Below are positions 50,081 through 63,543 of a stretch of DNA of 64,000 bases, piece by piece. The notes beneath the pieces were generated by a model that saw only the letters and a program-made list of their open reading frames with translations, had not been told where the DNA came from and made no database searches. This DNA is from Antedon mediterranea. Lineage: Eukaryota; Animalia; Echinodermata. Position 1 is the first letter of the stretch. Every line of letters begins with the position of its first letter. Location of the stretch: positions 11,566,948 through 11,630,947 of the forward strand of contig NC_092673.1 of NCBI RefSeq assembly GCF_964355755.1, in the 5' to 3' direction. Position numbers and translations under genes: made by a program.

Positions 50081-51364
50081 CAGGGGCGGATCCAGGATAT
50101 TGAAATAGGGGTGTGAGCGAGCAAACATTGGCTGGGGGCCAAGGGGCCGCCAAGGGCCCCCGGTCGGGGTCCAGGGGGAGTATTTTGGAGTTCTAGCGCA
50201 TTGTCAGTCGTTTAAAACGATTTACAAACACCTCATATGTCATTTACCAAACACTCTAAAGCTCGCAAATTACGACATGTGGAACATGCAGCTGATACTT
50301 ACCTAGGGTACCAAAGCAAGCTAACAACTTGCCTGTACTTTACATCTAAATTTTTACAACGCAACGATGTTTTTCAGCTTTTATATAAGCATAAACTTGT
50401 CCTAGCCTAGGCCGGTATTATTTTCTTACACGTGCGCCGGGTCGATCGCGGTGACTACTTCTTCGCATGCAGCTAAAGTAAAATGACGTCACGTTAAAGC
50501 GGGTCGTCACAGAGTCTCATGCATATTAATGAAGCAAACTTGCTGAGAGTGTTTTCTACCACCACGTTTATTATTTATCGAAACTCCGAGCCATCGACTG
50601 ACGATCATGTTTTCGACAATTAAAATCACGGCATATTCAACGGCCTGGTTTATATTAAACGATAATTAGCGGTCCGGCTCGATCATCATTTATATTTAGT
50701 GATTTGAAAAAAACAAAACACCTTTTGTCATCGCGATTTGTTTATGAGAATCATCGACGGAAAAGCAAATAAAACAACAAGGGTCATGAAATGCTGCAGC
50801 ATTGTTAATATTTTAATAGTAATACGTTTACGTTTTAATAAAATATAGGCCTAACGGGATAATTTTCAAAGGCACTATACAGTCCTAGCCTTTGTTTTTA
50901 TTGTACTTAATAAATGGGCGCGTAGTATAGTAGCACTGACCATGTGGCTTCATCAACTCTATTGATCGTCGGAGGTACCGCTACTCTACAATACGGGAGT
51001 GACGATCACAAAGGATGCCGACCTTCTTAGTGGAACGCGACCAAGCTCACCACGTGGCTTTTATCAACTTGCTCCTTTTACACTTAACTGTGAATGATCG
51101 TTGTATTGGTATTGGTAACGCTAGAGATTGATAGTACACAAAGGATGTCGACGTACTGTACATGCTTGGTGGAATGCGATCAAGCTGACGATGTGCTCCG
51201 ACGTACTATTTTCACTATGAAAATGTGCAAACCATCGGTGATTGATAACAGTCAAAACGATACATGTTTTTAAAATCTATTTAATTTAAAAAAAAAAAAA
51301 AAATCTTTAAAAAATAGGGGGGGGGGGCGTACGCCCCATACTCCCCCCGCTAGATCCACCACTG
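50081..51364. mobile_element. hAT-like MITE with 6-bp TSD
   Basis: caggggcggatc / gatccaccactg ends; aatgtg duplicated on the flanks. Confidence 0.8.
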
Positions 51365-51422
51365 AATGTGTACATAAATTAATTTAAATAAGCAACAACT
51401 TTTTTATCGATTTACTTTATAT

Positions 51423-51456
51423 GATGGTACGCTCGCTTCGCTCGCGTACCATCTAG
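51423..51456 (+). mobile_element. Helitron-like 3' terminus
   Basis: 10-bp hairpin gatggtacgc/gcgtaccatc overlapping CTAG^T. Confidence 0.55.
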
Positions 51457-52872
51457 TCGTGCCCACAGATGGTTCTCGAATACACAGTAATTTCAGCGTA
51501 ACAAAACTGGCGATTTCAAATGTACTATTATATAATACATTGTCGTTTACAGAAACGAATAAATAGACACAATGATTTATGTAGTCAACTAAAATTAGCA
51601 CCCTGGGAATTACTTCCGAAGGAGAAACTTATCACAAAATGAGTCCAAATTTAGAGTCCAAATTTTTTATTTGGACTCATTTAAAGAAACCCAATTTGTG
51701 TTTTGTATGTAACATTAGGTTTGAGGGATGGGAAAGCGGATAGGTACAAAGAGGAACAATTTTTAAATATATTCTTTATCCACTCAGTAACGAAATATTT
51801 TGTTCATGTTTTATAGGCCTATAAATAATATACCTCTAAATACAGTAAAACATTTGCGATTTAATACTTTGTTAAAACTGTCACTGTCATAATCGATTGA
51901 AATATTAAAGTACATGTCACGATACACCACTACGACGTTTATATTATTGGTAATTATTAATTAATAATTAATACAAACGTTGAGAGGGAACTGTCAGTAT
52001 AAAGTTTATTTGTATATAATAATGTGTTTATATATCTTAACAGTGAAGCCTAACCTCAATCTCAGTAATAAAGTTTATTTGTATATATTTTTATATTACA
52101 TCTAACAGTACGAACATTCACAGTAAGAAATGTTCGATTCAAATGAGGACCAAAAATAGTTAATAGGTATTTACAGTATTGTCAAAGTATTGCAAGTTTA
52201 TTCTCAAAGGGCCCATATATTTACCTACTGTATGTGTTAAACCAAGGACTCATAAATTTACCTACTTGTGTTAAACCAAACTTTGGCAGACTGAGAGATT
52301 GAGATGTTCCATTCATCGCAAATCAATACATTTGTATAATCGTATATTAAATCTACCAAAATAGTATTTTTTAAAGAAAATCGGCCTGTCTTTAACATTA
52401 TGATGCTGTACTCTAGCTGTTCAACCGGTTTTCAGCTATTAAAAACAATTATTGTAGGAGGAGATAGGAAAATGCGAAGCCTCCTCACATTTTTGTGGCG
52501 GGTATTTTCCAAGATGGACATCCATTAGACAGTGTATACCACGATCGAAAAACACCCCTCTTTGGGGCAAATCGTTGAACCTAAATTCGTTTTAATCGTC
52601 AATAACTAATTATCTAACTTAATTTAATTAGTAAATAGGGTTAAATCAGGTGGTTAAAATCAGTACAGAAAGTACGAACCAACTTTATGTACCATCGAGT
52701 AAAAATTCTAAAAGTAAGGCGCCATTTACCGAATTTTGCCCTTACGTAAATTTATATAGATATAGGCCTAGGCTTACAACATGCAACCATGCTATTGGCA
52801 GAAAACCATGTTTGAAAAAAACAACGTAGACACCATGCTGCACTGGATATAGTTATAAATAAAACTTAATTA

Positions 52873-53640
52873 TGTGTTTAATTCAATATTAATAGATTTA
52901 AAGGAGGTTTGCGCTGCTTTTTTTGTTGTTTGCGCTGTGAAATCAGTAATTTTCCCAAAAATTGAAGTTTTTCACCCAAAAAAAGCAAACTTAAAGGAAT
53001 TTCAAATTTGTTTTCCCATAAATTGTCTCCCTATATAGGTCTAGTTGTGTTTTAATCAATATTAATTGATTTAAAGGAGGTTTGCGCAGCTTTTTTTTTT
53101 TTTTGCGCTGTGAAATCAGTAATTTTCCCAAAAATTGAAGTTTTTCACCCAAAAAAAAGGCAAACTTAAAGGAATTTCAAATTTTTTTCCCCATAAATTG
53201 TCTCCCTATATAGGTCTAGTTGTGTTTTAATAAATATTAATTGATTTGAAGGAGGTTTGCGCAGCTTTTTGTTGTTGTTTGCGCTGTGAAATCAGTAATT
53301 TTCCCAAAAATTGAAGTTTTTCACCCAAAAAAAAAGGCAAACTTAAAGGAATTTCAAATTTTTTCCCCCATAAATTGTCTCCCTATATAGTTCTAGTTGT
53401 GTTCTAATAAATATTAATTGGTTTGAAGGAGGTTTGCGCAGCTTTTTGTTGTTGTTTGCGCTGTGAAATCAGTAATTTTTCCAAAAATTGAAGTTTTTAA
53501 CCCAAAAAAGGCAAACTTAAAGGAATTTCAAATTTTTTTTCTCATAAATTGTCTCCCTATATAGTTCTAGTTGTGTTCTAATCAATAATAATTGTTTTGA
53601 AGGAGGTTTGCGCAGCTTTTTTTGTTGTTTGCGCAGTGTT
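52873..53640. repeat. ~175-bp tandem repeat, ~4.4 copies
   Basis: Unit starts at 52873, 53046, 53221, 53398 and 53572. Confidence 0.95.
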
Positions 53641-54211
53641 TGCGCAGTTTAGCAATACCCGTAAAGGGTTTGAGAAAATTAAAATGTTGACCTTCTGACC
53701 TTTTTGGTCACGTGACTTGTTTTGTTGTTAAATAACTATGTAACTATGCATTTTTTGATATGGATGTAATGGGATAAAATGATCAGTATTATATTCCCTT
53801 TCCGATGATACCATGGATGACAAAGTTCAGTGTGGAATGTCGGCCATTTTGAAATACAAGATGGCGGCTGAAGGAGTGGTCGAAAAAAATGGCACCTAAC
53901 TTTTTTGAATTCAGCAACTCAAGAATAACAAAGTTAGCCAATAAAATCTATTTTGGCACTAAAATATCGAGCTGGAGCTAGTTTTCCTTACATATGTGAC
54001 CGTACTAAAACAATTTCAAGAAACAAAAAATAATTTCATAAGACCAATATTTTCAGAGTTACGAAATTTTACTGATTACTCCAAGGGTCAATAGTTGTAG
54101 AATCAGCCATTTTGTGTAAAAGCATGTCATTAGAATAAATATGAATGTATAGTTTCTGAACAATTTGAGCCCTATTTCGTGTCTTTGTGATTATTTGTTA
54201 CTGAGATGATA

Positions 54212-54870
54212 CCGTATATTTCGGTGTATAAGTCGCACTTTTGACACGCAAATTTGACCTCTAAATTAAGGGTGTGTCTTATACACCGAACATAAATGCC
54301 TCACCACACAGATTGTACATAATCCTCACCTTGTTGGCGCGGCTAGGCCTAGCCTACTAGGGCATAGGCCTGAGTAGGCTAGGCCTAGCTACAGTGTACT
54401 AACGTAACGGCAACCTGCTTCTGCTTAGTTTTCAAGGCATTTTAGCGTGATGTTATACTAAATATGATGAAAAGATTTGTTCATTATAGAGCTGTTTTAG
54501 GCGCTCCGATAAAATTTCATTTGTAAACGTTTACGATTGGAATGTATTTATTTATAGTTATACACACGATCGCCGACTGCCGTACCCCTAGTTAGCGCAA
54601 GCCCTTCTTGGCGGCCACATGGTGTACGGTATTCGACTAGGATATCCTCCAGTTGATTATAGCATGGACCTAGCGTATACACTTCTCGGATACATAGATA
54701 CTAATCGAATACGATTGTCCGTGAAAACGTGCGCCCTCAATATATTGATTACAATTTAATAAAAAATTGTTTTAATGAAATATAAGGTGCGTCTTATACA
54801 TCGACGATATAAAAAATACCGATATTTTACTCTCAGTTAGGGGGTGCGACTTATACACCGAAATATACGG
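54212..54870. mobile_element. pogo/Tigger-type MITE
   Basis: TIR CCGTATATTTCGGTGTATAAGTCGCAC; TA TSD. Confidence 0.92.
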
Positions 54871-54915
54871 TAAATGGATGGATGCAAGTCCTATTTCTGA
54901 CAAAATGTGCCATTA

Positions 54916-57085
54916 CAGTGGGACAGCCACTCGACAAATCGTGTCAAATTTCGACTCGGAGAGGGCGCCCTACTTTTCTAATTTAGTTCAAAATGGCTAA
55001 ATTTTAGGGTGTTGGAAAAACACAATATTTGTAAATTTAGTTGATTATCGGAAAAATGTTGTTAGTGAAATAAATTCATAAATGGTTTTAATATATTGTC
55101 ATGTAAAATTAAATGTATTTGAACAAAACGATAATCTGTAATTTAACGGCAAAATCAACCAATGTCTTTTTTCCGAAATTGTACCCTAGAAAATCATTAA
55201 AATAAAATATTTAGAAAAATTGAACAGTCCTGAATTTAAAATCCCTGTTAGAAAAATTAATAATCTACAGAATACGATATTAAGATACAAAATTCGGTGG
55301 TTGGGATGCAGCTCCGACTATTCAAACTAAAGGTACCACTATTTGTTCCATCGAAAACTAGCGAAACCGCCATTTTGTAAACACATCGTCATCGTGTTTA
55401 TGAATTTATTTATAGCGAACGATATACGCGATGTTTATAATTGTCCGCGTATAAGAATTCATATAAATAAATACATTCCAATACAACGTATATTATTACT
55501 TGTTTATTTATCACAGTAAACATTTTAGTTAAGGAATATTTATCATAACTATTATAATAGCTTTTATACGAGTCCGAGGCCTAGCCCTATTAGCGAGCGA
55601 TTGTTCCAGGGGCGCAAAGTCACTTAGTGACGTTGTGATCGGGCGCGTCGGGCCTAGCTAATATTAATAATATGACCTGAAATAAGCGGCTAACAAGAAC
55701 TGTTATATACTTGCTTACAATTGTTTTGTTATTGATGAACAAACAAGCAATTAGATTGAATAACAAATTATTTATTCATTTTTTGGGGGTAAAAACATGT
55801 ACAAACTAGGCCTAGGGGGGGGGGGGCCTAGTACTGTATAATATAAATTAATAGTAATATTAAACTAATACAGTATTAATAAAATATAAAATAGGCCTAA
55901 CATACAATAAATATTCAATTTTTAAGGTCTACCACATGACAATAACATAATTTACAGAGTATAGTGTAGTAGGTTTGCATTCAACATAAATATTTGTATT
56001 GTAAGTCATCTAAATCCTCTGCAACATACATATATTTGTAATTCAACATTTTGTTTTAAATAATTAAATTATAGTTTGGGTATGACAATGTCGGTAGGTA
56101 CCGGTGTCATCTTTTTATCCACTTCACTCTCAGTTTGAAGTCACAAAGACAAAGAACTCTGCATCATCAACGATTCCTGAAAGTGTCAGAAAAAATAATA
56201 AATATTATTTAAAAAAAATGTTAATGTCTAGTTGTATATATAATTATAATATTATATGATGACATAGAAGTAAGGCAAATGGAAGCTGTATTTTTTTAAT
56301 TAAATTACAGTATTTACTATTATTATTTATATAATCTAGGCCTACTAGTAGCCTAGCTAGGCATCTATTGAGCCTAATAAATCAAATAATAAATGAAAAA
56401 TAAAATAATAATATTAATACTGATTGAAAAAAATTATTTTTTTTGGGGGGGGGGGGGATCAGATCACTAGACTAGGCCGGCCAGGACCAATGATACTCGT
56501 AATCAGTACAGCATCAACACAGTACCAACACACGTCTCGCTATCGCCTATACTGACACACGTGTCTCGCGTTGCCGACACCACGCTCACAGCTAGAAAAT
56601 GTACCTACCTTTCGAGGCCTGAGAATACACCAACACATTTTGAACAGGATAGAAATATATCATACTCGATTAAACTAATATTATTCTTGATAAAACAATT
56701 GATTACAATTTTTTTAATTTGTTGGGATGCACCTCCGACTATTCAGAAAATGGACAACAAAACAGTAGTCAAATCGTACCACATTTATAAATTTCACGAG
56801 TCCCGACTTCAGTCGCCGAATGTATTGTATTAGCTTCGGTTTCTTTGAAGAAAACCGATTGGTTATTCAATTATACTTATTAGGAAATGCTTTTACCATA
56901 ATAGGTAATGTTGGGCGGTTCTTAAATATTCATGAGAGCTTAAAATAAAACAGCACTTATTTGCTTGGCGACGAAAAATCGTGGTTTCAGTTTTCAACGA
57001 TAGGTGGCGCTTCAAAATCGTCAATGCGGAAGTAAGTCGATTTTACACGATTTAACGGTCAAAACGCGAAGTGGCTTTCCCACTG
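54916..57085. mobile_element. Non-autonomous DNA transposon with 4-bp TSD (Sola-like, uncertain)
   Basis: TIR CAGTGGGA(C/A)AGCCACT; atta duplicated on the flanks. Confidence 0.8.
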
Positions 57086-57267
57086 ATTAGAGTGAATATA
57101 AAAACATATTAAAACTGTTGACACCATAATTAATTATTTGAGATATATATACTGTAGGGTAGATGAAAAATAGCTGCCATTTTTAATTATGCAAATTAGG
57201 GATTCATATAAACAATAAAAATGTTGCCGCCCACATATCGCGAGTTCCGTGGGTAGCCTAATAAATA

Positions 57268-58171
57268 CCGTATTTTCCGGAGTATAGGTCGACCCCAAGT
57301 ATAAGTCGACCCCCAACTTTGGCCTAGAATATCGTTGATTTTGGTATGACCTGAATATAAGTCGACCCCCAAAATCGGCTAATAACACAACTTACTTTAA
57401 AGTTCAAAGAGGGCTAGAAATGTATGAAATGTGGTTGTTTGTTTATATTATTAAAGTGTAGGCCTAATCAATATCGGACGGACGTAATGACGACGACTTC
57501 GTCGCCGTCTTCACCAGCCTATAATAAATGACAGCGATGTAGCGTTACTTGCCATCAGCGATGTTTTTCGCGTCACTCGAATAAATTAAAACGAGTTTTC
57601 CGTTAGGAGGCTTATTAATTGTACAGGCGAGTAGTTGTAAATCGCGTTATCTGTAAATGTACACGCGCCCGACTAAGGAGAATTTGTTTTATGAATAGAA
57701 GACATGCGCAGTAATTGTAATTACGAACAAACAAACAAACTGCGCATGTGTATAGATGGAAATATCGCGCAATAACAAACATGCTGCATGGACATTCCGC
57801 CGACGTCTGTGGTGTGTTACGATGTTTTCGCGAGAGTGAATAAGAAGCATAAAGAAAACTATTTATTCTTAATTATCTTAAAAGCGTAATATTAATATCA
57901 AAATGAGTCATTGTGATATATTAATATTTTATTGACCAGTACTTGTTGGAGTTGTATTATTTTGTACAATGTAGGTATTAAATTGAAAACTTCTGTGAGT
58001 GATTGATGATAGGCCACTGACCTTGCTGGGCCTTGACAGCTGACAGCTTTTGAACATATTTTTTCGGCCTGATTTTTTTCAAAAATCGCATGGTCGGAGT
58101 ATAAGTCGACCCCCCGATTTTGCAATTAAAATTTTCCCATAAAGTCTCGACCTATACTCCGGAAAATACGG
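57268..58171. mobile_element. pogo/Tigger-type MITE
   Basis: TIR CCGTATTTTCCGGAGTATAGGTCGA; TA TSD. Confidence 0.92.
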
Positions 58172-58651
58172 TAGATGAGATCATAGTACAGAATAGCACA
58201 TTTTAGGCCTAGCTAGGTTGGCCGACTACGACTAGTACTAGGCCTAGTTCTACTTAAACTACTCTGATAGAACGGAGAAAATGATACAAAAACAATTTGT
58301 AGGCCTTAACTAAAACTATTCATACACAGAGTGTTAACCACGGTAAAAATCAAGCCAATCACATTATGTAGTAGAATATAAATTATAGTTATTTTCCGAG
58401 TTTCGATTTCTGAAGCTTTTTTTTTATAAATTCAAAACACGGACGGACGCCGACTCCTCTCTCTCTCCGTTTAGCCTTCTGCACATGTATTGTGGACTAT
58501 ACCATTTCCTTGAGTTCGGTAAAAACGCGTTCGTTAATTTAGTGTACGACGTTGTTAAACAAGATTTTTCGATGATCTGTCAGCTGGATTATTGAGGTGG
58601 GTGCGATAAAATATAAATATAATATATTTCCAACGATCTTCGGGTTGAGGT

Positions 58652-59956
58652 CAGGTCAGAGGTGAGGGAATTTCAATTTCTTTCACTTGTCCCCGGACAA
58701 GTACCTGCACGGAATTCACTTGTCCGAGGAAAAAAATTTACTTGTCCCTCTTTATTGCGCAATAGGCAAAAAATTACACAAGTGTCGACAAATGTCACGC
58801 AAGTGTTTATTGTCTATTTAAAATTCAGCAGTTTATAGGCCTAGCCTAGACTTTTTTAGCCTGCTCAATATTTTGATAAAAATAACGGTCATTTTTAGGT
58901 TTTATTTTATTAACACAACAGTGTGTAGAGTACTGTAGGCCTAATTAATAAATAATAGTTAGTAAATAAAAAATAAAAGAATTGAATTACCAAAAAAACT
59001 GTGGTGTCTATTATATACAAAGGTATCATAGCCTAGTCATACATGTGAACTGATCTTTGTCTACTGTAGCTATGCCGGCTAGCTAGATAGATAGTAGGTA
59101 TATTTAAATTATTTTTTTTAATAATTTTTATTTTGTCCAGGCATAATTAAAATTATTTTTTTAAATAATTGTTATTTTGTCCAGGCATAATTAGTTAACA
59201 AATAATACCGAATTAATGTAGGTCTGGCTAGGCCCAATACTAATTAAAGCTTGCCATCCAGACACTAGGCCTTAGACAGTCACCATGGAGAGAGAGAAAA
59301 ATACCTCCAGGCCCCAGGCCATCCTTACTCTAGAAGTTAGGCCTCCTACTCTACAACAGACAGAGAGAGGATGTTTTTGTTATTATCCAATTCACTAAAT
59401 AAAATAGCTTGTTGCATTTCACAGGTAAATTTATAAAAAACATTCTTTTCCCTATGAAACCACTTTATCAATTGTCCGTTCCATGCACGATTTACAGAGA
59501 AAAATTAAAATACTGGGCCTACCACATCCTCGCGTGTATACAGCATGGTATTTTTGATCAACAATACCTGGTAGAGTCCATTAATTACGGGGGTTCTTTT
59601 TAACTGGGCATTTTTTTAATTACCCAGTTAACCTATGTCTCAACCACTTCATGGTCCAAAAATGTTTTAATTACCTCCCCAAATAGAAAATCGTGTAATC
59701 TATAATGATGTGACTCAGGTCATTGACCAATCAGTGATGTATTAAATGCACTGGGTTTAATGTGCTTTGAAGAAGCCTGCTATTTTTATTAATGCACATG
59801 GCTAACTGTGTTGGCACATGGTTTCTGTGCTCTTAGTTTAATTTCCTGAATTTCAAAAGTGCTTGTCCTCGGACAAGAGGATACGTCAAATGTGGTTGTC
59901 CGACCGTAAAAAACACTTGTCCCGGGCGTCGGGCACAGTGGGTTCGCTCAGCCCTG
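58652..59956. mobile_element. hAT-type MITE
   Basis: CAG...CTG ends; 8-bp TSD gttgaggt; cacttgtcc subterminal repeats. Confidence 0.8.
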
Positions 59957-62654
59957 GTTGAGGTGCAGGTTTAACTTTGATACTAAAAGTGGACACCCCT
60001 AATTTTACACGTATAATGGACTACACCATGCAGGAACGCACATGGTATTTTCTTATCAGAGGGTGCGTGTACAGTATGTCAAAAGGAATTGTTTTTCCAA
60101 CGATCCTTCTTAGTGGATGTAACGACACCACGCCGTGTGAAATTTCTTATCAGAGGGTGCGTGTGCGTCAAATGGAATTGTTTTCCCAATTAATTGAATT
60201 GCGTGTGTTCTCGATCGGATCGACGGCGGCGGCGGGAGGATAGGCTAGGAGTGCGTTCTGAAACATGGCGATTTATTATTTTCTTTCTGTACTGTACACT
60301 GGGGACTATCATTGTTTAACAAGCAAGCATTTTATAATAAATCTACCTTGGTAGTTGTTTTTACTAGACTAGCGGCGTGGCAGTGTGGCGACAACGTTAA
60401 CAAATGTAAACACAGGAAGGAGGTCTCTGCAAGCAAGGGAAATCCCCTTGCAACAAAGTCAGGCGATAGTTTTGCGTCTCGTCCGAGTCGTCGTGTAAAT
60501 AAATCTTCTTGACATTATTTTCTATCTACTTCAGTGGTTTTTATTGTGGTAAAACTCGGGAAGGGCACTCGCATCTCCAGTATCGGCAATATTTCCGTGA
60601 GTTCCGCGACATTGTAAGGCTTCTGCGAGTCTCGCGATATTAATTAATATTCATGAGTTCTGCGAGAAAATCAAGCTTGAATGATTTTGCCTCATTACCG
60701 CAAGAGACGTTCACTTTCATGGTTGAGTAAGTAATAGGGTATGTTATTGCGGAACTCGCGGAAAATTACTTTTTGGACGGCCCCTTAGATGGCCGAATTT
60801 TGCTTGGGATCCACCATCCACCAAAATATCCTAAATCCCAGCTTCTAGTACTACCCAAAAATGCCCCTTGAATCGTTTTCTAGGTAGTTTTTTTAGTAAT
60901 GGAACCTGTCTACAGCAGCTTGTGTACATTTTTCTGTTAAGTGTAATTGTAATTATAATATATTGAAGGTTATTGATAGTGTTGCCAAGAATATTATCAT
61001 CTTATTAATAAATGACTGCTGTAGTGGCGCTACAGTGAGTGTGCAATGACTCTACTCTGTATTGTAGTCAGTGGTTAAAGTCAAATTATATTCTGATTGG
61101 TATATTTTCGATCCGCGTTATTAGGTAGTTATATTCAAGGGGACGGAAGCATTAGGAAGCTATACCTACTACGGCTGAAAAATGGGAATTTGGAAACTCG
61201 GACTGGGCATGCGCAAACCCCAAAGCACTTCTGGAAGAAGAGAGTCTATAAATTAATGTAGACAGTCGTCCAGCCCTACAAAATCTTGCTTTTATCGTCA
61301 CTACAGCCTTAGGTAGTAATGCCTCTAACAGTAACACGGAATATGTACAGTATCTTTTTTTAGGACTCATTTCAGATATTTACATTGCACAAAATATTTA
61401 CTGCCGATTGTTGAATAAAAATAATTGATAATAAATCATTATTTGTTATATTTAGAATATCAATAAACAAAACAATAATTAAAACTGTTGCGTCAAAAAG
61501 TCGAGCGGTGATTTTGAAAGAAATATTTCTTGTTTTTTTATGTTTTATATGATACAAATAATTATTTATTTTATTTTATTACAGCTGTATTACAGAATCC
61601 CTTTTAATTCAATAGATATATTGTTGATACAGGTCAGAGGCAGATTCAAGTTCAATTTTTTTTGGACCTGAAATGGATTTTGGATTCGAAATGGATTTTT
61701 GATTTTCAAGAAATTCATTTTTAATGTTATTTGAATGTATCAAGTTAACAGAAGCTCATAAAAAAAAAAAATATCGTATTTTGAGAAAAAACCTTGGTAA
61801 AAGTTAGTGAAAAATACTACAAAACATTACAGTATATCGGCCGTCGATAGCATCTATATTCAAAACACAAGACTGGAGCGAAGCTAGGCCTACTATTCCA
61901 TGTGAGAATTTAGCTTGATTTTTCAGTGTGTCATTTTTTAAGCCCTGGGTTCTCAAATTTCATTCTTTATTCCACTCTTTGTCGGGCTTTACTTCAATAT
62001 TCATCCCAATGCGTTATATTGACAAACTTGAAAAAGTTAAAAACATTTACAGATCTAATAATTAAATTTCAAAATCATGATAGCAATTAGCATTTACCTA
62101 TCTAAATTATTATCTTATTACGCCTCTCTATACTTAACCTCATGTCTCTTCAGGATCGAAGAAGACTTCGTCTTTGCCTTTGCACACATGTTTTATGGTC
62201 GCAATCAAACTTATGTTATCTATTTATTTTTACAAAAATACAGTACAAAAAATCATACAATTCAAAAATTAATTAAAACATTTAATTAAAGTAAATCATA
62301 AATACTCTATATGAACTTCTTGTTGCTGAAATAAATTTAATTAGCATCTCCATAAAATTATCGGTCAATATGCAGTGTGTTGCATGGACTAACAGCTGAC
62401 TTTTCGTTTTGTTCCTGCAATTTCGATTTTTAGAAGTATTCAAAATGATAAGTAAGTTTTATCATGCAAATAGCATAGCATAACTCAATAATGGCAGGAG
62501 TCTCCCGATATTTTGATTCATCCTCCGAACCAATATTGATAATTTCTACTTACCAGTTCTCTACTACTGTACTCTACTGAAGAAAAGCATATCAGTCCTT
62601 AAAATGTTTATAAGTTCATAAAATTTAATCGATAATTCAGTTTATGAAATAATT

Positions 62655-62938
62655 TATTACCTCTTCAGTCAAAGACTGGTCTCCCAGAGGAACCAGTTAT
62701 TTGAGTGTCTGTTTGACAGTGGATGTTTGTGTACACCGGGGTTTACACTCTACACGTCTTGAAAAACGTGCACTTCAAGAACCTAGTACATGAGCTATGT
62801 ATGCTGGACCTACAATTGATAGTCCTTATGCTAGGAGACTCATTCTATCACCAGAACCATGGAGCCCTGAACCCTACCATTGCAGATTTTATGGATATGT
62901 ATTGCGGTTACACTGTCTAACCGCTCAGCCACTCACTA
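62655..62938 (-). mobile_element. Diverged copy of the Deu-domain SINE
   Basis: Aligns with 28246-28528; adjacent (CTA)n at 62951-62977. Confidence 0.85.
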
Positions 62939-63374
62939 GCATGCATTTCACTACTACTACTACTACTACTACTACTACAGTACATTCCAAGAAAATCATG
63001 TCGAGATAATTCTCTGCCATTACGTTGGTTAATTTCTACAGTGTCACACAGGACAATATAATACAATGTATGATGAACATAATCACAAGTGGAAACCGAA
63101 AATGTAAGCATACGCAAAAGTGTCGAAAATGACCTTGACGACGGCTTCAGCTCGATGATCATCATTTTATTCTCAACTTTAACGTTTTGAAAACTCTATG
63201 CAACTCGTTGCAACTCAATGTCATCTGGAAAACAAGGAAACTAGGCCCAATCTGCTCAATTATAATTTAAACAATATCTATTCACACAATAAATATAAGG
63301 ATGAATAAAAGAAAAACAAAATGTCTTACAAACTAATAATCTAATAATGTTTTCCTTCTGTGTAATTTTAACAG

Positions 63375-63543
63375 GTATCTAGACAAAGTACAGTCAACTC
63401 TGCTGCCAAGTTGGATGTAAGAGCAGTAGATGATCTACCAGCTGATCAAGATGATCTTTTGGAATGGGTTGACAAAAAGTATCCAATTGCTACATATGCA
63501 AAGATTACCAATGCTAATCACATTAGTATTATGGTTAAGCAAG
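63375..63543 (+). CDS. TGFBR3: TGFBR3-like orphan-domain exon (gene continues beyond the window)
   Basis: Phase-0 AG; VSRQSTV...LPADQDDLLEWVDKKYPIATYAKITNANHISIMVKQG parallels betaglycan VSEGSVV...FPHGNEHLLNWARKEYGAVTSFTELKIARNIYIKVGE; donor GTGAAG is weak. Confidence 0.78.

Larger units (their letters stand above)
48110..54007. mobile_element. Second Academ-type non-autonomous element
   Basis: TAGTACGG...CCGTACTA termini; 3-bp TSD aaa; ~290-bp subterminal inverted repeats at 48131-48423 and 53681-53976. Confidence 0.85.
57206..60784. mobile_element. Zator-like element with damaged left end, hosting two MITEs
   Basis: Right end reads GGGGCCGTCCAAAAA on the minus strand next to TTA; cgcgagttccg motif near both ends. 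Confidence 0.5.
48040..60912 (+). mobile_element. Old right arm of an Academ element (relative of 31024-35206) fragmented by nested insertions
   Basis: Pieces 48040-48109, 54008-54211, 54871-54915, 57086-57205 and 60785-60912 are collinear with ~34580-35206 and end ggaacctgtcta. Confidence 0.8.
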
